From Alphaproteobacteria bacterium (lineage in GTDB: Bacteria; Pseudomonadota; Alphaproteobacteria; SP197): a DNA stretch of 64,000 bases. Position 1 is the first letter of the stretch; every line of letters starts with the position of its first letter. A program made the position numbers and the translations under genes. Shown in pieces: positions 42,708 to 53,637 of the stretch. A model generated the notes under the pieces. That model was given only the letters and a program-made list of their open reading frames with translations. It was not told the origin of the DNA and ran no database searches. Where the stretch lies: the NCBI GenBank assembly GCA_964291415.2, contig OZ219920.1, positions 1,152,001-1,216,000 on the forward strand, given 5' to 3'.

Positions 42708-43499
42708 ATGATCTTCTGGCATCATCTGGTCCCTGTTCTGCTGGTTCCGGCAGGCGTGCTGCCGTTCCTGGGCCGCTTCGAAAGGGGATTGCACTTCTGG
42801 GGTGCCTTCGGACTGGCGGCGCTTGCCGCCACGGCGTGGACCGCGGCCCAGTTCAGCCACTCCTGGTCCACGGGATTCGGACCCGCGATCTGGCTGACGG
42901 TGTCGGCCTGTCTGGTGCTGTTTCTGGTCCTTTCTCTCCTGGTTCCGGAGTTCTGGCGGCTGGGAGCCCTCCTCGGTCCCTGGATCCTCGTCATGGCAGT
43001 TCTGGCCCTGGCCTGGAACCAGGCAGAGGTGAACCGTGCGCCCGGGATCGACTCCGTCTCGGACTGGATCGGCCTTCACGTGATCCTGTCGGTCACAACC
43101 TATGTGTTCCTCACAATGGCGGCGATCGCAGGTTTCGCCGTCATTCTCCAGGAACGCTCCCTCAAGCGGCGCTCGCCGGGGCGGCTGACACCCTTGTTGC
43201 CATCCCTGGCCGATTGTGAGCGACTCGAGATCCGCCTGTTGGTGACGAGCGAGATCATCCTTGCCGCCGGAATTGCCACAGGGTTGGCGGCCACGTCGAC
43301 GACGGATGCCATCACCGGCATGAACCACAAGATCGTACTGACGGTGGCCGCCTTCGCCGTCATCGCCATGCTTCTCGTGGCCCGTCAGCTTTGGGGGACA
43401 CGGGGCCGAAGGGCGGCGCGTCTGGTGTTGACCGGCTATCTCCTGATGACTCTCGCCTATCCCGGAGTGAAGTTCGTCACGGAAGTCATTATCGGATAG
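42708..43499 (+). CDS. Cytochrome c assembly family (CcsA/YpjD-like) inner membrane protein
   Basis: About 8 TM segments; conserved His (LHVILS; NHKIVLT), LQERSLK, LPSL, G.RGR.A, LAYPG.KFV. Confidence 0.8.
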   Translation: MIFWHHLVPVLLVPAGVLPFLGRFERGLHFWGAFGLAALAATAWTAAQFSHSWSTGFGPAIWLTVSACLVLFLVLSLLVPEFWRLGALLGPWILVMAVLALAWNQAEVNRAPGIDSVSDWIGLHVILSVTTYVFLTMAAIAGFAVILQERSLKRRSPGRLTPLLPSLADCERLEIRLLVTSEIILAAGIATGLAATSTTDAITGMNHKIVLTVAAFAVIAMLLVARQLWGTRGRRAARLVLTGYLLMTLAYPGVKFVTEVIIG

Positions 43500-43577
43500 C
43501 TGCGGGCGGCAGGGTGCATGTGCCTGCCGGCGGCTGTATGATGGTCGGGGCTGATTTCGGGGGCTCCACCTTAATCC

Positions 43578-45821
43578 ATGAGTCTCGAGACGACCGGCGG
43601 GCACTCCCCGGACAACCCGATCAGGGCGAAGCTGCCCAGGCTGTTCGGCTGGTTCCGCAAGCCGACGGGACGGTGGTCACGCAGCCGGATCGTGAATGTG
43701 GCCCTTGCGGTGATGGCGGTGTTGTCCGGCCTTGCCACCTACGGGGCGCTTACAGGTTCGGGACCGTTCGAACCTGACCAGAACACCCTTATCGTTCTTC
43801 TGAACATCGATCTGGCCCTCCTTCTTGCCTTTGCCGTCATCATCATCCGCCGCCTTGCGGACATGTGGTCGCAGCGCCGGGAGGGAATGGCAGGTTCAAG
43901 ACTGCAGGCACGGCTGGTCGCTGCATTCGGTCTGGCGGCCACCATCCCCGCCGTTCTCATCGGCGTGTCGTCGGCGACCTTCTTCAACATGGGCATTGAC
44001 TCCTGGTTCAATGAACGGGTTCAGACGGCGATTGCCCAGTCGACCAGAATTGCCGATGCCTACCTGGAAGAACACCGCATTGCCCTTGGGGCCAGCGCAA
44101 TCGCGCTCGCCCGAGACTTTCATCTTTACGTGCCGAAGTCAGGCGGCAGCATGGAGGAGTTCACATCCTACCTTGAGGATCGCGCCGGTGTGAGAGGCAT
44201 CTCCGAATGGGTCGTGCTGAGCAGTCTCGGCCAGATCATCATGCAGGGCTCTCTGTCAACGGGTCTCGGCATGGAGCCTCTCACGGCGCATGAGATCGAA
44301 CGTGCCGATGCGGGTGATGCCGTCATTCTGAGATCAAGTGCCAGGGACAGGGTTCGCGCGCTCGTCAGCCTCAGTCGGGGCAGCACCTACCTGCTGGCGG
44401 GAAGCAGTGTCGACCCCGACGTCATCGAGAGCACCAAGAAGGTGTCTGCGGTCGCATCCTCCTACAGAAAACTCGCGCTGGAGCGAACCAGCCTGCAACT
44501 GACCTTCTCCCTCTTCTATGCCGTTGCCGCCCTTCTCCTGCTGTTCGTTGCAGTGTGGTTCGCGCTGCAGCTTGCATCTCGCCTGGTGGGCCCGGTCGTG
44601 GCTCTGGCCAACGCTGCCGAGAAGATCCGGCAGGACGACCTTTCCGTGCGCGTGTCACTGAGTGGACGATCCGACGAAATCTCCTTGCTTGGTCAAGCCT
44701 TCAACCGCATGGCCGACCGGATTGCCGAACAGCGTCATGCCCTGGTTGAAACCAACAAGGATCTCGAAGCACGGAGGCGCTTCACTGAATCGGTCCTCTC
44801 CGGCGTCAGTGCGGGAGTTATCGGACTCGATGATGCCGGGATCGTCGAACTGGTGAATCGCCGGGCGCTGGAACTGCTCAACGTGACCGAGGGCGGTCTC
44901 GTCGGAGCCAGCCTCATCGACACCATGCCCGAGGCTGCCGGACTTCTCGCGGAGGCCATGAAGGCCCGCGCGGCGTCAGGCAGCGTCAACCTCGAAAACG
45001 ACGCCGGGTTGCGGCGGCTCTTCGTGCGCATCGGCAATGTCGGGGGTGAACCGGATGGACACGTTCGACGTGGCGGGTTCGTGATGACCATCGATGACGT
45101 CACGCCACTCGTGCTCGCGCAGCGCAAGGCAGCATGGAGTGACGTGGCCCTGCGGGTGGCCCATGAAATCAAGAATCCGCTGACACCCATCACGCTTTCC
45201 GCCGAGCGGCTGGAACGCAAGTTTGCAGGCGCGATCACCGAGTCGCCCGAGGTGTTCCGGGAACTCACCGACACCATCAAGCGACAGGCAATACACATGA
45301 CCAACGTGGTCAACGAGTTCTCCCGGCACGCGCGAATGCCGACACTCATCATGTCTGCGGAAAGTGCGATTGACATTGTCGAGAAGGCTATTCGGCTTCA
45401 AGAGATTTCCGATACCCGCGTCGTCTTCGAGCGCATCTATCCCGAGATCCCGCCGGTGGTGCACTGTGACGGGGACATGATCTGCGCCGCCATCTTCAAC
45501 ATCGTCAAGAACTCGGCGGAGGCCTTCCGCATGGACGATGTGGAAAGGCCGGAGGGAGACATCGTGAGGGTCACCATTGCGGAAGAGGACGCATGGTGTG
45601 TTATCAGGATTGAGGACAATGGTCCCGGATTTCCCGTGGAGCGCCCCGAGACACTCCTTGAACCGCATGAATCCCATGGCAAGGATGACGGCTACGGTCT
45701 CGGTCTGACGATTGCACGATCAACGGTCAGGGACCACGGCGGGGACCTCGTCTTGCGGAACAGGGAGGAAGGCGGTGCGTCGGTGATCCTGTCGCTGCCT
45801 CTGGAACGGAACGACGACTGA
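43578..45821 (+). CDS. ntrY: Sensor histidine kinase NtrY
   Basis: TM helices, HAMP (DEI..L..AFNRM), PAS, AHEIKNPLTPI, DNGPG, GLGL. Confidence 0.92.
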   Translation: MSLETTGGHSPDNPIRAKLPRLFGWFRKPTGRWSRSRIVNVALAVMAVLSGLATYGALTGSGPFEPDQNTLIVLLNIDLALLLAFAVIIIRRLADMWSQRREGMAGSRLQARLVAAFGLAATIPAVLIGVSSATFFNMGIDSWFNERVQTAIAQSTRIADAYLEEHRIALGASAIALARDFHLYVPKSGGSMEEFTSYLEDRAGVRGISEWVVLSSLGQIIMQGSLSTGLGMEPLTAHEIERADAGDAVILRSSARDRVRALVSLSRGSTYLLAGSSVDPDVIESTKKVSAVASSYRKLALERTSLQLTFSLFYAVAALLLLFVAVWFALQLASRLVGPVVALANAAEKIRQDDLSVRVSLSGRSDEISLLGQAFNRMADRIAEQRHALVETNKDLEARRRFTESVLSGVSAGVIGLDDAGIVELVNRRALELLNVTEGGLVGASLIDTMPEAAGLLAEAMKARAASGSVNLENDAGLRRLFVRIGNVGGEPDGHVRRGGFVMTIDDVTPLVLAQRKAAWSDVALRVAHEIKNPLTPITLSAERLERKFAGAITESPEVFRELTDTIKRQAIHMTNVVNEFSRHARMPTLIMSAESAIDIVEKAIRLQEISDTRVVFERIYPEIPPVVHCDGDMICAAIFNIVKNSAEAFRMDDVERPEGDIVRVTIAEEDAWCVIRIEDNGPGFPVERPETLLEPHESHGKDDGYGLGLTIARSTVRDHGGDLVLRNREEGGASVILSLPLERNDD

Positions 45822-47221
45822 TGAAGCACGACATCCTCATCGTTGATGATGAGCGCGACATTCGTCGGGCGCTGGCCGATGTTCTCGAGGATGAGGGCTA
45901 TCAGGCGCGCACGGCGTCCGATCCCGATTCCGCAGATGCCATGATCGCTGAACAGGTGCCTTCCCTGTTGATCCTGGACATCTGGTTTCGCGGGTCGCGA
46001 CGCGATGGCGTCGAACTGCTGCGCGACTACGTCGCCCACCATCCGTTCATGCCGATCATCATGATCAGCGGTCACGGCACCATCACCACCGCTGTCAAGT
46101 GCACCAGGATCGGCGCCTACGACTTCATCGAGAAGCCCCTTCAGACCGACAAGGTGCTCCTGGTGGTCAAACGGGCACTCGACGAAGCACGACTGCGTCG
46201 CGAGAACGAGGAACTGAGGCGTTCCACCCGTGTGCTCGACGATCTCGTCGGCGAATCACGGGCCATGGTGCAGTTGCGCGAGGCCATTTCCCGGGTTGCG
46301 CCCACTGGCAGCAGAGTTCTGATCACGGGTCCGGCAGGTTCCGGCAAGGAACTCGTGGCTCGGCATATTCACCAGCAGTCGCCACGCACAGGTGGACCGT
46401 TCGTGGCCATCAATGCCGCCACGATGGAGCCCGAGAGGGTAGAGGAGGAACTCTTCGGACGGGAAACCCGGACCTCACCCGGCGTGCCGGTCGTCACCCA
46501 CGGAGTGTTCGAGCGCGCCAACGGAGGCACACTGTTCCTCGACAATGTTCCGGACATGCCGCTGGCCACGCAAGGCAAGATCCTGAGAGCCCTCCAGGAA
46601 CAGGTGTTCACCCGACTGGGCGGCGACACGCCGGTCAGGGCCGATGTTCGTGTCCTCACATCCGCGGGTGGCAACATCACCGCAGCGGTGCAATCAGGCC
46701 ATTTCCGTGAGGATCTCTACTACCGTCTGAATGTCGTGTCGATCGATGTCCCGCCACTTTCGGAAAGGCGGGAAGATGTGGCGTTGCTGTCGAAGTATTT
46801 CATCAGGCGCGCCGTGCGTCAGCAGGGTCTCTGTGCCCGGACGCTGACGGGCGATGCCGAAATGGCTCTGTTGATGGCCAACTGGCCTGGCAATGTGCGC
46901 CAGTTGCGCAATGTGATCGAGTCCTTGCTGATCATGACGCCGGAGGGCGAGGACGGGGCAATCACGGTGGAAATGCTGCCTGGGGAAGTGAGGCAGACCA
47001 GCCCGGCTCCCGTCCTGTTTCACGATTCCAGCGAGGTGATGTCCCTTGGACTGCGTGAGGCACGGGCGGCTTTCGAACGCAAGTACCTGTTGACCCAGCT
47101 GGCGCGCTTCGGCAACAACATTTCGCGGACGGCCGCCGCGGTCGGCATGGAACGGTCCGCGTTGCACCGGAAACTGAGAGCACTGGGTGTCAGCGTCGCC
47201 GAACGCGACACCGGAGGCTGA
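45821..47221 (+). CDS. ntrX: Response regulator NtrX (REC-AAA+-HTH)
   Basis: ILIVDDE, LDIW, GPAGSGKE, no GAFTGA, NISRTA..VGMERSALHRKL. Confidence 0.93.
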   Translation: MKHDILIVDDERDIRRALADVLEDEGYQARTASDPDSADAMIAEQVPSLLILDIWFRGSRRDGVELLRDYVAHHPFMPIIMISGHGTITTAVKCTRIGAYDFIEKPLQTDKVLLVVKRALDEARLRRENEELRRSTRVLDDLVGESRAMVQLREAISRVAPTGSRVLITGPAGSGKELVARHIHQQSPRTGGPFVAINAATMEPERVEEELFGRETRTSPGVPVVTHGVFERANGGTLFLDNVPDMPLATQGKILRALQEQVFTRLGGDTPVRADVRVLTSAGGNITAAVQSGHFREDLYYRLNVVSIDVPPLSERREDVALLSKYFIRRAVRQQGLCARTLTGDAEMALLMANWPGNVRQLRNVIESLLIMTPEGEDGAITVEMLPGEVRQTSPAPVLFHDSSEVMSLGLREARAAFERKYLLTQLARFGNNISRTAAAVGMERSALHRKLRALGVSVAERDTGG

Positions 47222-47226
47222 GTGCC

Positions 47227-48603
47227 ATGCGTGTCATTGTCTGTGGAGCCGGACAGGTCGGCTACAATATTGCCCGCAGACTGGCGGAGGAAGCCAACGA
47301 TGTCACCGTGATCGACAGTGATGCCTCCCGCATCACCAGGGTGACGGAGAACATTGACGCGAAGGGACTGGTCGGATTTGCGGCCCATCCGCCGGTACTC
47401 CAGCGCGCCGGCGCCGAAGATGCTGACATGCTGATTGCCGTCACCTACGCCGACGAAGTCAACATGATTGCCTGCCAGGTGGCGCATTCCATCTTCGACG
47501 TACCCACCAAGATCGCCCGGGTGCGCCACCAGTCCTATCTCGATCTCGCGTGGAGCAATCTCTACAGCCGGGATCACATGCCCATCAATGTCATCATCTC
47601 GCCGGAAATCGAAGTGGGGCGCGCCATCATCAGGCGTCTCGAGGTTCCAGGCGCAATCGATATCGTGTCGATGGCCGATGACCGGGTGCGCGCCATTGCC
47701 GTGCGGTGTCATGCCGACTGCCCGATTCTTGACACGCCCCTTGAGGAACTCACGGAGCTCTTTCCCAACCTCAAGGTCTTTGTTGTCGGCATCGTGCGCC
47801 ATGGTGAACTGTTCATCCCCACGGGCCGGACGGAAATGCGCGCGGGGGATGTCGTCTACTTTGTGACCTCGAGCGACCACATGCACCGGTCGATGTCCGT
47901 CTTCGGCCATGAGGAACCGGAAGCCCGCCGGGTGATCATAGTCGGCGGCGGCAACATCGGCCTCTACGTTGCACGCGAGATGGAAAAGCGCCATGCCGAC
48001 GTGCGCTGCAAGGTCATCGAGATCAATGAGAGTCGGGCTCGGGAGGTCGCCGATCAGTTGATACGAACAACGGTGCTGCTCGGTGATGCGCTGGAACGCA
48101 AGCTCCTTGAGGAAGCGGGTGCCGGGGATGTCGAGACAGTGGTTGCTGTTTCCAATGATGACGAGGTCAACATTCTCTCGTCACTCCTGGCAAAGAGGCT
48201 TGGTGCAAAGCGGGCCATTACACTGGTCAATTCAGAGAGTTACGACCCCCTGGTCGAGGATCTTGGTGTCGATTCAGTGGTCAATCCCAGGGGTTCCACG
48301 GTCTCGACGATCCTCCAGCACATTCGCCGCGGCCGCGTTCGCAGCGTCTACAGCATTCACGAGGGCGCCGGTGAGTTCATCGAAGCCGAGGCCCTTGAAA
48401 CAACCCGGATCACCAACCGGAGAATTCGCGACATTCACCTCGCCAGGGGCATCCTCATCGCCGCCCTCGTACGAGGTCAGGAAGTCATCGTTCCCCACGG
48501 TGACACGCGGATCCAGGTCGGTGACCGGGTGGTTCTCTTCGCCAGCACCAACCTGATGAGCAAGGTCGAGAAACTCCTCTCCGTGGGCCTCGAGTTCTTC
48601 TGA
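47227..48603 (+). CDS. trkA: Trk potassium uptake NAD-binding subunit
   Basis: Two RCK domains: CGAGQVG and VGGGNIG; DEVNMIACQVA. Confidence 0.95.
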   Translation: MRVIVCGAGQVGYNIARRLAEEANDVTVIDSDASRITRVTENIDAKGLVGFAAHPPVLQRAGAEDADMLIAVTYADEVNMIACQVAHSIFDVPTKIARVRHQSYLDLAWSNLYSRDHMPINVIISPEIEVGRAIIRRLEVPGAIDIVSMADDRVRAIAVRCHADCPILDTPLEELTELFPNLKVFVVGIVRHGELFIPTGRTEMRAGDVVYFVTSSDHMHRSMSVFGHEEPEARRVIIVGGGNIGLYVAREMEKRHADVRCKVIEINESRAREVADQLIRTTVLLGDALERKLLEEAGAGDVETVVAVSNDDEVNILSSLLAKRLGAKRAITLVNSESYDPLVEDLGVDSVVNPRGSTVSTILQHIRRGRVRSVYSIHEGAGEFIEAEALETTRITNRRIRDIHLARGILIAALVRGQEVIVPHGDTRIQVGDRVVLFASTNLMSKVEKLLSVGLEFF

Positions 48604-48604
48604 G

Positions 48605-49480
48605 ATGTCGCGCATCGCATATGTCAACGGCCGGTACTGCGCCCACTCCCGGGCCAGTGTTCACATCGATGACCGCGCCCACACCTTTGCCGACGGAATC
48701 TACGAGGTCATTCTCGTGGTCAACTGCCACCTGATCGACCTTGACGATCATTTCCGGCGCCTGGATCGCTCGCTGGCCGAACTCGACATTCCGCAACCGA
48801 TGACAGGACGCGTACTCACCCACATCATGAACCGCACGATCCACCTGAACAGGGTGGTCGATGGTATCGTCTATCTGCAGATCAGCCGTGGCGCGGCACC
48901 CCGCAACCACGTCTTCGACAACGCGGCCCTGACCCCGGGCGTGGTGTGTACGGCACGGCGCATGGCATTGCCCGCGACATCGCGTGACGCTTCAGGGGTC
49001 GACGTCATCACGCTCCCCGACACACGCTGGGCACGTGTCGACATCAAGAGCGTCTCTCTTCTTCCCAATGTCCTGGCCCGCACGAAGGCAGCCGGGCAGG
49101 GGGCCTACGAGGCCTGGCTCGTCGACGGGAACGGCCTTGTGACCGAGTGCGCCGCCTCCAATGCCTGGATCGTTGATTCCAGCGGACGTCTTGTCACGCG
49201 GCCGGTCACGGACGGGATTCTGCGGGGCATCACCCGCGAGCGGGTGATGGCACTGGCTCGCGAGTTGTCAATCGAGGTTGTCGAACGCCCCTTCAGCGTG
49301 GCCGAGGCGATGGAGGCTCGTGAAGCCTTCCTGACCAGCACCACCTCCCTCGTCAAGGCGGTTTCGCGCATTGACGAGACGGTCATCGGCAACGGCCATC
49401 CCGGCCATGTGACCTGTCGGCTGCTCGATGCCTACCTCGACTTCGCGCGCCGGCAGGCGCTGCCGGACGGGGTTTCCTGA
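48605..49480 (+). CDS. dat: D-amino acid aminotransferase (PLP fold IV)
   Basis: IAYVNG, DR...FADGIYEV, RW.RVDIKSVSLLPN, ILRGITR. Confidence 0.88.
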   Translation: MSRIAYVNGRYCAHSRASVHIDDRAHTFADGIYEVILVVNCHLIDLDDHFRRLDRSLAELDIPQPMTGRVLTHIMNRTIHLNRVVDGIVYLQISRGAAPRNHVFDNAALTPGVVCTARRMALPATSRDASGVDVITLPDTRWARVDIKSVSLLPNVLARTKAAGQGAYEAWLVDGNGLVTECAASNAWIVDSSGRLVTRPVTDGILRGITRERVMALARELSIEVVERPFSVAEAMEAREAFLTSTTSLVKAVSRIDETVIGNGHPGHVTCRLLDAYLDFARRQALPDGVS

Positions 49481-49576
49481 CGGCCGTTCGCGTGTAGTCT
49501 TGGGGTGACCGGCACGGATTGCCATCCTCCCCGGTCGCGGCACATGTCAAGGAGCAGCATGCGGGATACCGGTATC

Positions 49577-49834
49577 ATGGCACAGACAAGACAACAGAAC
49601 CTCCAGGACACGTTCCTCAATGCCGTCCGCAAGTCGAAAGTTCCGGTGACAGTCTATCTCGTGAACGGCGTCAAACTGCAGGGCATCATCACCTGGTTTG
49701 ACAACTTCTGCCTGCTCCTGCGACGGGACGGCCATTCGCAACTCGTTTACAAGCACGCGGTGTCGACCGTCATGCCCGAGGGAATGGTGAACCTGCAGCT
49801 TGCTGGTGATGGAGAGACGCCCGACAATGCCTGA
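49577..49834 (+). CDS. hfq: RNA chaperone Hfq
   Basis: [31 protein letters not shown]. Confidence 0.98.
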   Translation: MAQTRQQNLQDTFLNAVRKSKVPVTVYLVNGVKLQGIITWFDNFCLLLRRDGHSQLVYKHAVSTVMPEGMVNLQLAGDGETPDNA

Positions 49835-51143
49835 GGCATCGCGCGAGGCCGCAGTCACGCGAACCAGCGTCATTCATCCTTCACTCGGCGGTGGGCGTGG
49901 CAGACGCAATGGGCCTGAGGCTCTGGAGGAGGCAGTCAGTCTGGCGAGAGCCATCGATCTCGAGGTCCGGGACGCCCGCGTCCTTCCCGTAAAGCGCCCC
50001 CAGGCAGGCACGTTTCTGGGAAAGGGACAAGTCGAGGAGCTCAAGTTCCAGGTCGCTTCGGCGTCGATCGATCTTGTCTTTGTCGATACGGCCCTGTCGC
50101 CGGTACAGCAACGCAATCTGGAACAGCAGCTGCAGACCAAGGTCATCGATCGCACTGGGCTGATTCTCGATATCTTCGGTGCGCGCGCCGCCACACGCGA
50201 AGGCGTGCTGCAGGTGGAGATGGCGGCGCTCACCTATCAGCGCAGCCGTCTTGTGCGGAGCTGGACCCATCTGGAACGCCAGCGTGGCGGACTGGGTTTT
50301 GTGGGCGGACCTGGTGAATCCCAGCTCGAAATCGACCGTCGCCTGATCGGTCAGCGCATAGCCCGGCTGCGTCGTGATCTCGACGGCGTCGTCGCGATGC
50401 GCGGCCAGCATCGCAATGCACGGCGCAAGGTGCCGTGGCCGACTGTCGCTCTGGTGGGCTATACCAACGCCGGCAAATCGACACTCTTCAACCGATTGAC
50501 CGGGGCCGGCGTCTATGCCGATGACAGGCTGTTTGCCACGCTCGATCCCACCATGCGGGCTCTCGACCTCGGATGCGGGATGCGCGCGATCCTCTCCGAC
50601 ACAGTCGGATTCGTATCCGAACTTCCCGAGACTCTCGTTGCCGCGTTTCGCGCCACCCTGGAGGAGGTGACAGAGGCATCGCTCATCGTTCACGTGCGCA
50701 ACGCGCACCACCCCGAGCATGAGCGCCAGGCGACCGACGTGATGGCCGTGCTGGCAAACCTTGGCATCGACGAACTCGACGCCTCCGAGAGGATGATCAC
50801 CGCCTACAACAAACGTGACATGCTCGATGACGACTCCGCGTCACGGTTGCGCGCGGTTGCCGAACGCCAGGGCGATGCAGCCGTCATTTCGGCTCGGACG
50901 GGAGAAGGGCTCGATGACCTTGTCGACCTCATTGCCCGTCGCCTGGCCGGCAGACACCGCCTCGTCGAACTCAGCGTACCCGTCAGGGATGGCGCCGCCA
51001 TCGGTTATCTCTATCGCCACGCCGAAATCGTCGAACGCAGCGATGGCGATCACGACATTCATCTCAAGGTCCGCATCCAGGCCAGTGACCTCGGTCGCTT
51101 CCACAAGCGTTTCCCTCGTCCGGTTCCTTCGCGCCGGCAGTAG
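49827..51143 (+). CDS. hflX: GTPase HflX
   Basis: [32 protein letters not shown]. Confidence 0.96.
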   Translation: MPEASREAAVTRTSVIHPSLGGGRGRRNGPEALEEAVSLARAIDLEVRDARVLPVKRPQAGTFLGKGQVEELKFQVASASIDLVFVDTALSPVQQRNLEQQLQTKVIDRTGLILDIFGARAATREGVLQVEMAALTYQRSRLVRSWTHLERQRGGLGFVGGPGESQLEIDRRLIGQRIARLRRDLDGVVAMRGQHRNARRKVPWPTVALVGYTNAGKSTLFNRLTGAGVYADDRLFATLDPTMRALDLGCGMRAILSDTVGFVSELPETLVAAFRATLEEVTEASLIVHVRNAHHPEHERQATDVMAVLANLGIDELDASERMITAYNKRDMLDDDSASRLRAVAERQGDAAVISARTGEGLDDLVDLIARRLAGRHRLVELSVPVRDGAAIGYLYRHAEIVERSDGDHDIHLKVRIQASDLGRFHKRFPRPVPSRRQ

Positions 51144-51178
51144 GCGGCGTGATCAGTTCTCAATGCGCAGCCGGGCGA

Positions 51179-51994
51179 TCACCTGCTGGCGGCTTCCTCA
51201 TCCTTGGCAATGGTCCACAGGGTGTCGAGTTCTTCAGCCCCACAGTCACTGATCGTCCGGTTGTCACGGCTGAGGCAGCGTTCGATGAAACGGTAGCGTA
51301 TCTCAAAGCGCGCTGCGCTGCGGCGCAATGCGCTCTCGGGATCGACGTCCAGATGACGGGCAAGATTGACGGTGGCGAAGAGAACATCGCCGAGTTCATC
51401 GGCGATGCGTTGGGATGAACCGCCTGCAATCTCCTGCGAGAGTTCCTCGACTTCAGAGATCACATCCTCCAGCGCCTCGCCTGGCGAAGCGAATCCGAAC
51501 CCCTGGCCCGCCACGCGGTCATGGATCTTGCGAGTGCGGGTGAGGGCAGGGAGGTTGGCGCTGATTCCATCGAGGGCGGACACGTCCCTGCCTCCTGCGC
51601 GGGACTGGTCCTGACGTTCCTGCGCCTTCATTTCTTCCCATTTCACCGTTTGTTCGGCGGCTGAGTTTACATCCGCTCCATCCGCGAAGACATGGGGATG
51701 ACGGCGCACCATCTTCTCCGAGATCGCCTCGACCACGTCGCCAAACCCGAAGAGGCCACGCTCTCGCGCCATTCGGGCATGAAACACGACCTGGAAAAGC
51801 AGGTCGCCAAGCTCCGTCTTCAGTGCCGTCCAGTCTTCCCTGTCGATGGCATCGGCAACCTCGTAGGCCTCCTCGATGGTATAGGGAGAGATCGAGGCGA
51901 AGGACTGTTCAACATCCCACGGACACCCGGTGGCGGGATCGCGCAGGCGCACCATGATTTCGAGCAAACGGGCGATGGAACCAGAGTCATCCAT
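51179..51994 (-). CDS. mazG: Nucleoside triphosphate pyrophosphohydrolase MazG
   Basis: GCPWD, EEAYEV, ELGDLLFQ, RRHPHVF, second domain DELGDVLF. Confidence 0.95.
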   Translation of the reverse strand: MDDSGSIARLLEIMVRLRDPATGCPWDVEQSFASISPYTIEEAYEVADAIDREDWTALKTELGDLLFQVVFHARMARERGLFGFGDVVEAISEKMVRRHPHVFADGADVNSAAEQTVKWEEMKAQERQDQSRAGGRDVSALDGISANLPALTRTRKIHDRVAGQGFGFASPGEALEDVISEVEELSQEIAGGSSQRIADELGDVLFATVNLARHLDVDPESALRRSAARFEIRYRFIERCLSRDNRTISDCGAEELDTLWTIAKDEEAASR

Positions 51995-52059
51995 CACCCG
52001 TCAACCGGAGACGCCCGGCGCCGGAAGCGCCGGGCGGTCCTTGCAACAACACCCCTGCA

Positions 52060-53637
52060 TCAGGTCCAGGCGAACCTCTGCATGTAGAACTGCCAGCCGC
52101 TCGGCCGGATCGACGGTGACAGATCGTCACGGTGGATGATGCCCACGGGTTCATGCGTGATCCACACGTAGGCACCGGTGTCTTCCATGATGTCCTGCAT
52201 GCGCAGGTAGATCTCCTCGCGTCGCGACTCGTCGGTTTCGCCAAGTCCCTCGAGGAACAATGCGTCGAACTCGGGATCCTTCCACCGTTCCCAGTTCCAC
52301 ACCCCGACCTGGGCCTCGACATACCACTGCGACATCTGGCTGGGATCCGGAGCGTCACCGTAGCGCATGATCCACAGCTGCAGGTCCTTCCAGTCGTCTC
52401 CGGACGATTCCAGCCCCAGGTTCCAGAAGGGGCCAGGGTCCAGCGGAATGACATCAAGCTCGATACCGACATCCGCCAGGTTGGCCTGGATGACCGTGGC
52501 TGCCGCCATGCGGTCGGTACGGTTGATCGTCTTGAGCTCCAGCTGAAGGCCTTCGGCGCCAGCCTCGGCAATCAGGGCGCGGGCTTCATCCGGCGCGAAG
52601 CCGTAGTTGCTGTAATCGCGGTGGCCTACGACACCTGGAGGCACGATACCGTGAGACTTCGGAGCCACGCCGGCATAGGCGGCCTCGAGGATGGTATCGA
52701 CGTCGATAGCCCGCTGGATGGCCTTGCGCACGCGAACGTCCTGAAGCTTGGGATGTTCGGTGTTGATTCCCATCCAGGTCCACAACAGTCCCGGATAGAC
52801 CTTGAGAACGGTATCGTCCGGGGCTCCATCGCTCTGGTAGCGGGCCAGCGTGTCCGTGCTGATGTGGGTGAAATCGACATCGCCGGCCTCATAGGCGATT
52901 TCAGCCGTCTTCTCGTCCTCGATGATGATGAACCGCACGGTATTGATGGCGGCAGGGGTCCCGGTCCAGAACGGATTGGCCTCGAGTTCATAGAACTGCT
53001 TGGGAGACCATTCCTTCACGCGGAAGGGCCCGATATAGAAATTGAAGATGCCGTCGTACTTGCCGCCGGCTGCCTCCACCGCCTTGCGGCACAGGATGTT
53101 GCCGGTACCTGATGCCAGCCACGTGTACCAGACCGGGGCAAAGGGCTGGTTGAGATGGATGATGCCGGAATGGGTGCCCGTGATCTCGACATGATCGAGT
53201 GTTGCCGCCTTGTCCTTCCACTCGGACTCCTTGATCCGCTCGAGCGAGAACTTGACGTCTTCGGCATCAAGTTCGCTGATGACCTCGTGCGTCGTGCCAT
53301 CATGCCACTCAATTCCCTTCTTGAGCTCGAAGACGATGGTCTGGGCATCCACCTGCTCGACGTGCGTGACAAACTCGCTGGGCGACCAGGACCAGTCCGG
53401 CCCTTCGTTCAGGGTCGCCAGCTGAGCCAGACAGGCATACTGCAGGACCGTTTCCATGCCGCCCACCATGTAGCCCGGGTCCGTCGACACGATCGTGCGG
53501 TTGGTGCGCATGCGCAGGGCCCGATCAGGCGTGACCGAAGCCTGTGCCGGCATCATCCACGACTGCACCATGGCTGCAGCCGACATCGCCGCGGTGGCTC
53601 CCATGAGAGTGCGGCGGTTGAGTTCCGGTTGCTTCAT
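52060..53637 (-). CDS. ABC transporter substrate-binding protein, family 5 (DppA/OppA-like), Tat-exported
   Basis: Twin-arginine NRRTLMG signal; F.LK.GI.WHDG, AEDVKFS, D.RVRKAI..AID; RBS GGGAGA. Confidence 0.9.
   Translation of the reverse strand: MKQPELNRRTLMGATAAMSAAAMVQSWMMPAQASVTPDRALRMRTNRTIVSTDPGYMVGGMETVLQYACLAQLATLNEGPDWSWSPSEFVTHVEQVDAQTIVFELKKGIEWHDGTTHEVISELDAEDVKFSLERIKESEWKDKAATLDHVEITGTHSGIIHLNQPFAPVWYTWLASGTGNILCRKAVEAAGGKYDGIFNFYIGPFRVKEWSPKQFYELEANPFWTGTPAAINTVRFIIIEDEKTAEIAYEAGDVDFTHISTDTLARYQSDGAPDDTVLKVYPGLLWTWMGINTEHPKLQDVRVRKAIQRAIDVDTILEAAYAGVAPKSHGIVPPGVVGHRDYSNYGFAPDEARALIAEAGAEGLQLELKTINRTDRMAAATVIQANLADVGIELDVIPLDPGPFWNLGLESSGDDWKDLQLWIMRYGDAPDPSQMSQWYVEAQVGVWNWERWKDPEFDALFLEGLGETDESRREEIYLRMQDIMEDTGAYVWITHEPVGIIHRDDLSPSIRPSGWQFYMQRFAWT

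Noticed and set aside
2376-47994. Many long antisense ORFs (e.g. 2376-3803, 3853-5247, 12607-13881, 25034-26635, 32487-34103, 36491-37591, 47020-47994)
   Set aside because: Each lies opposite a clearly identified conserved gene and has no recognisable motif; this is expected in high-GC coding DNA
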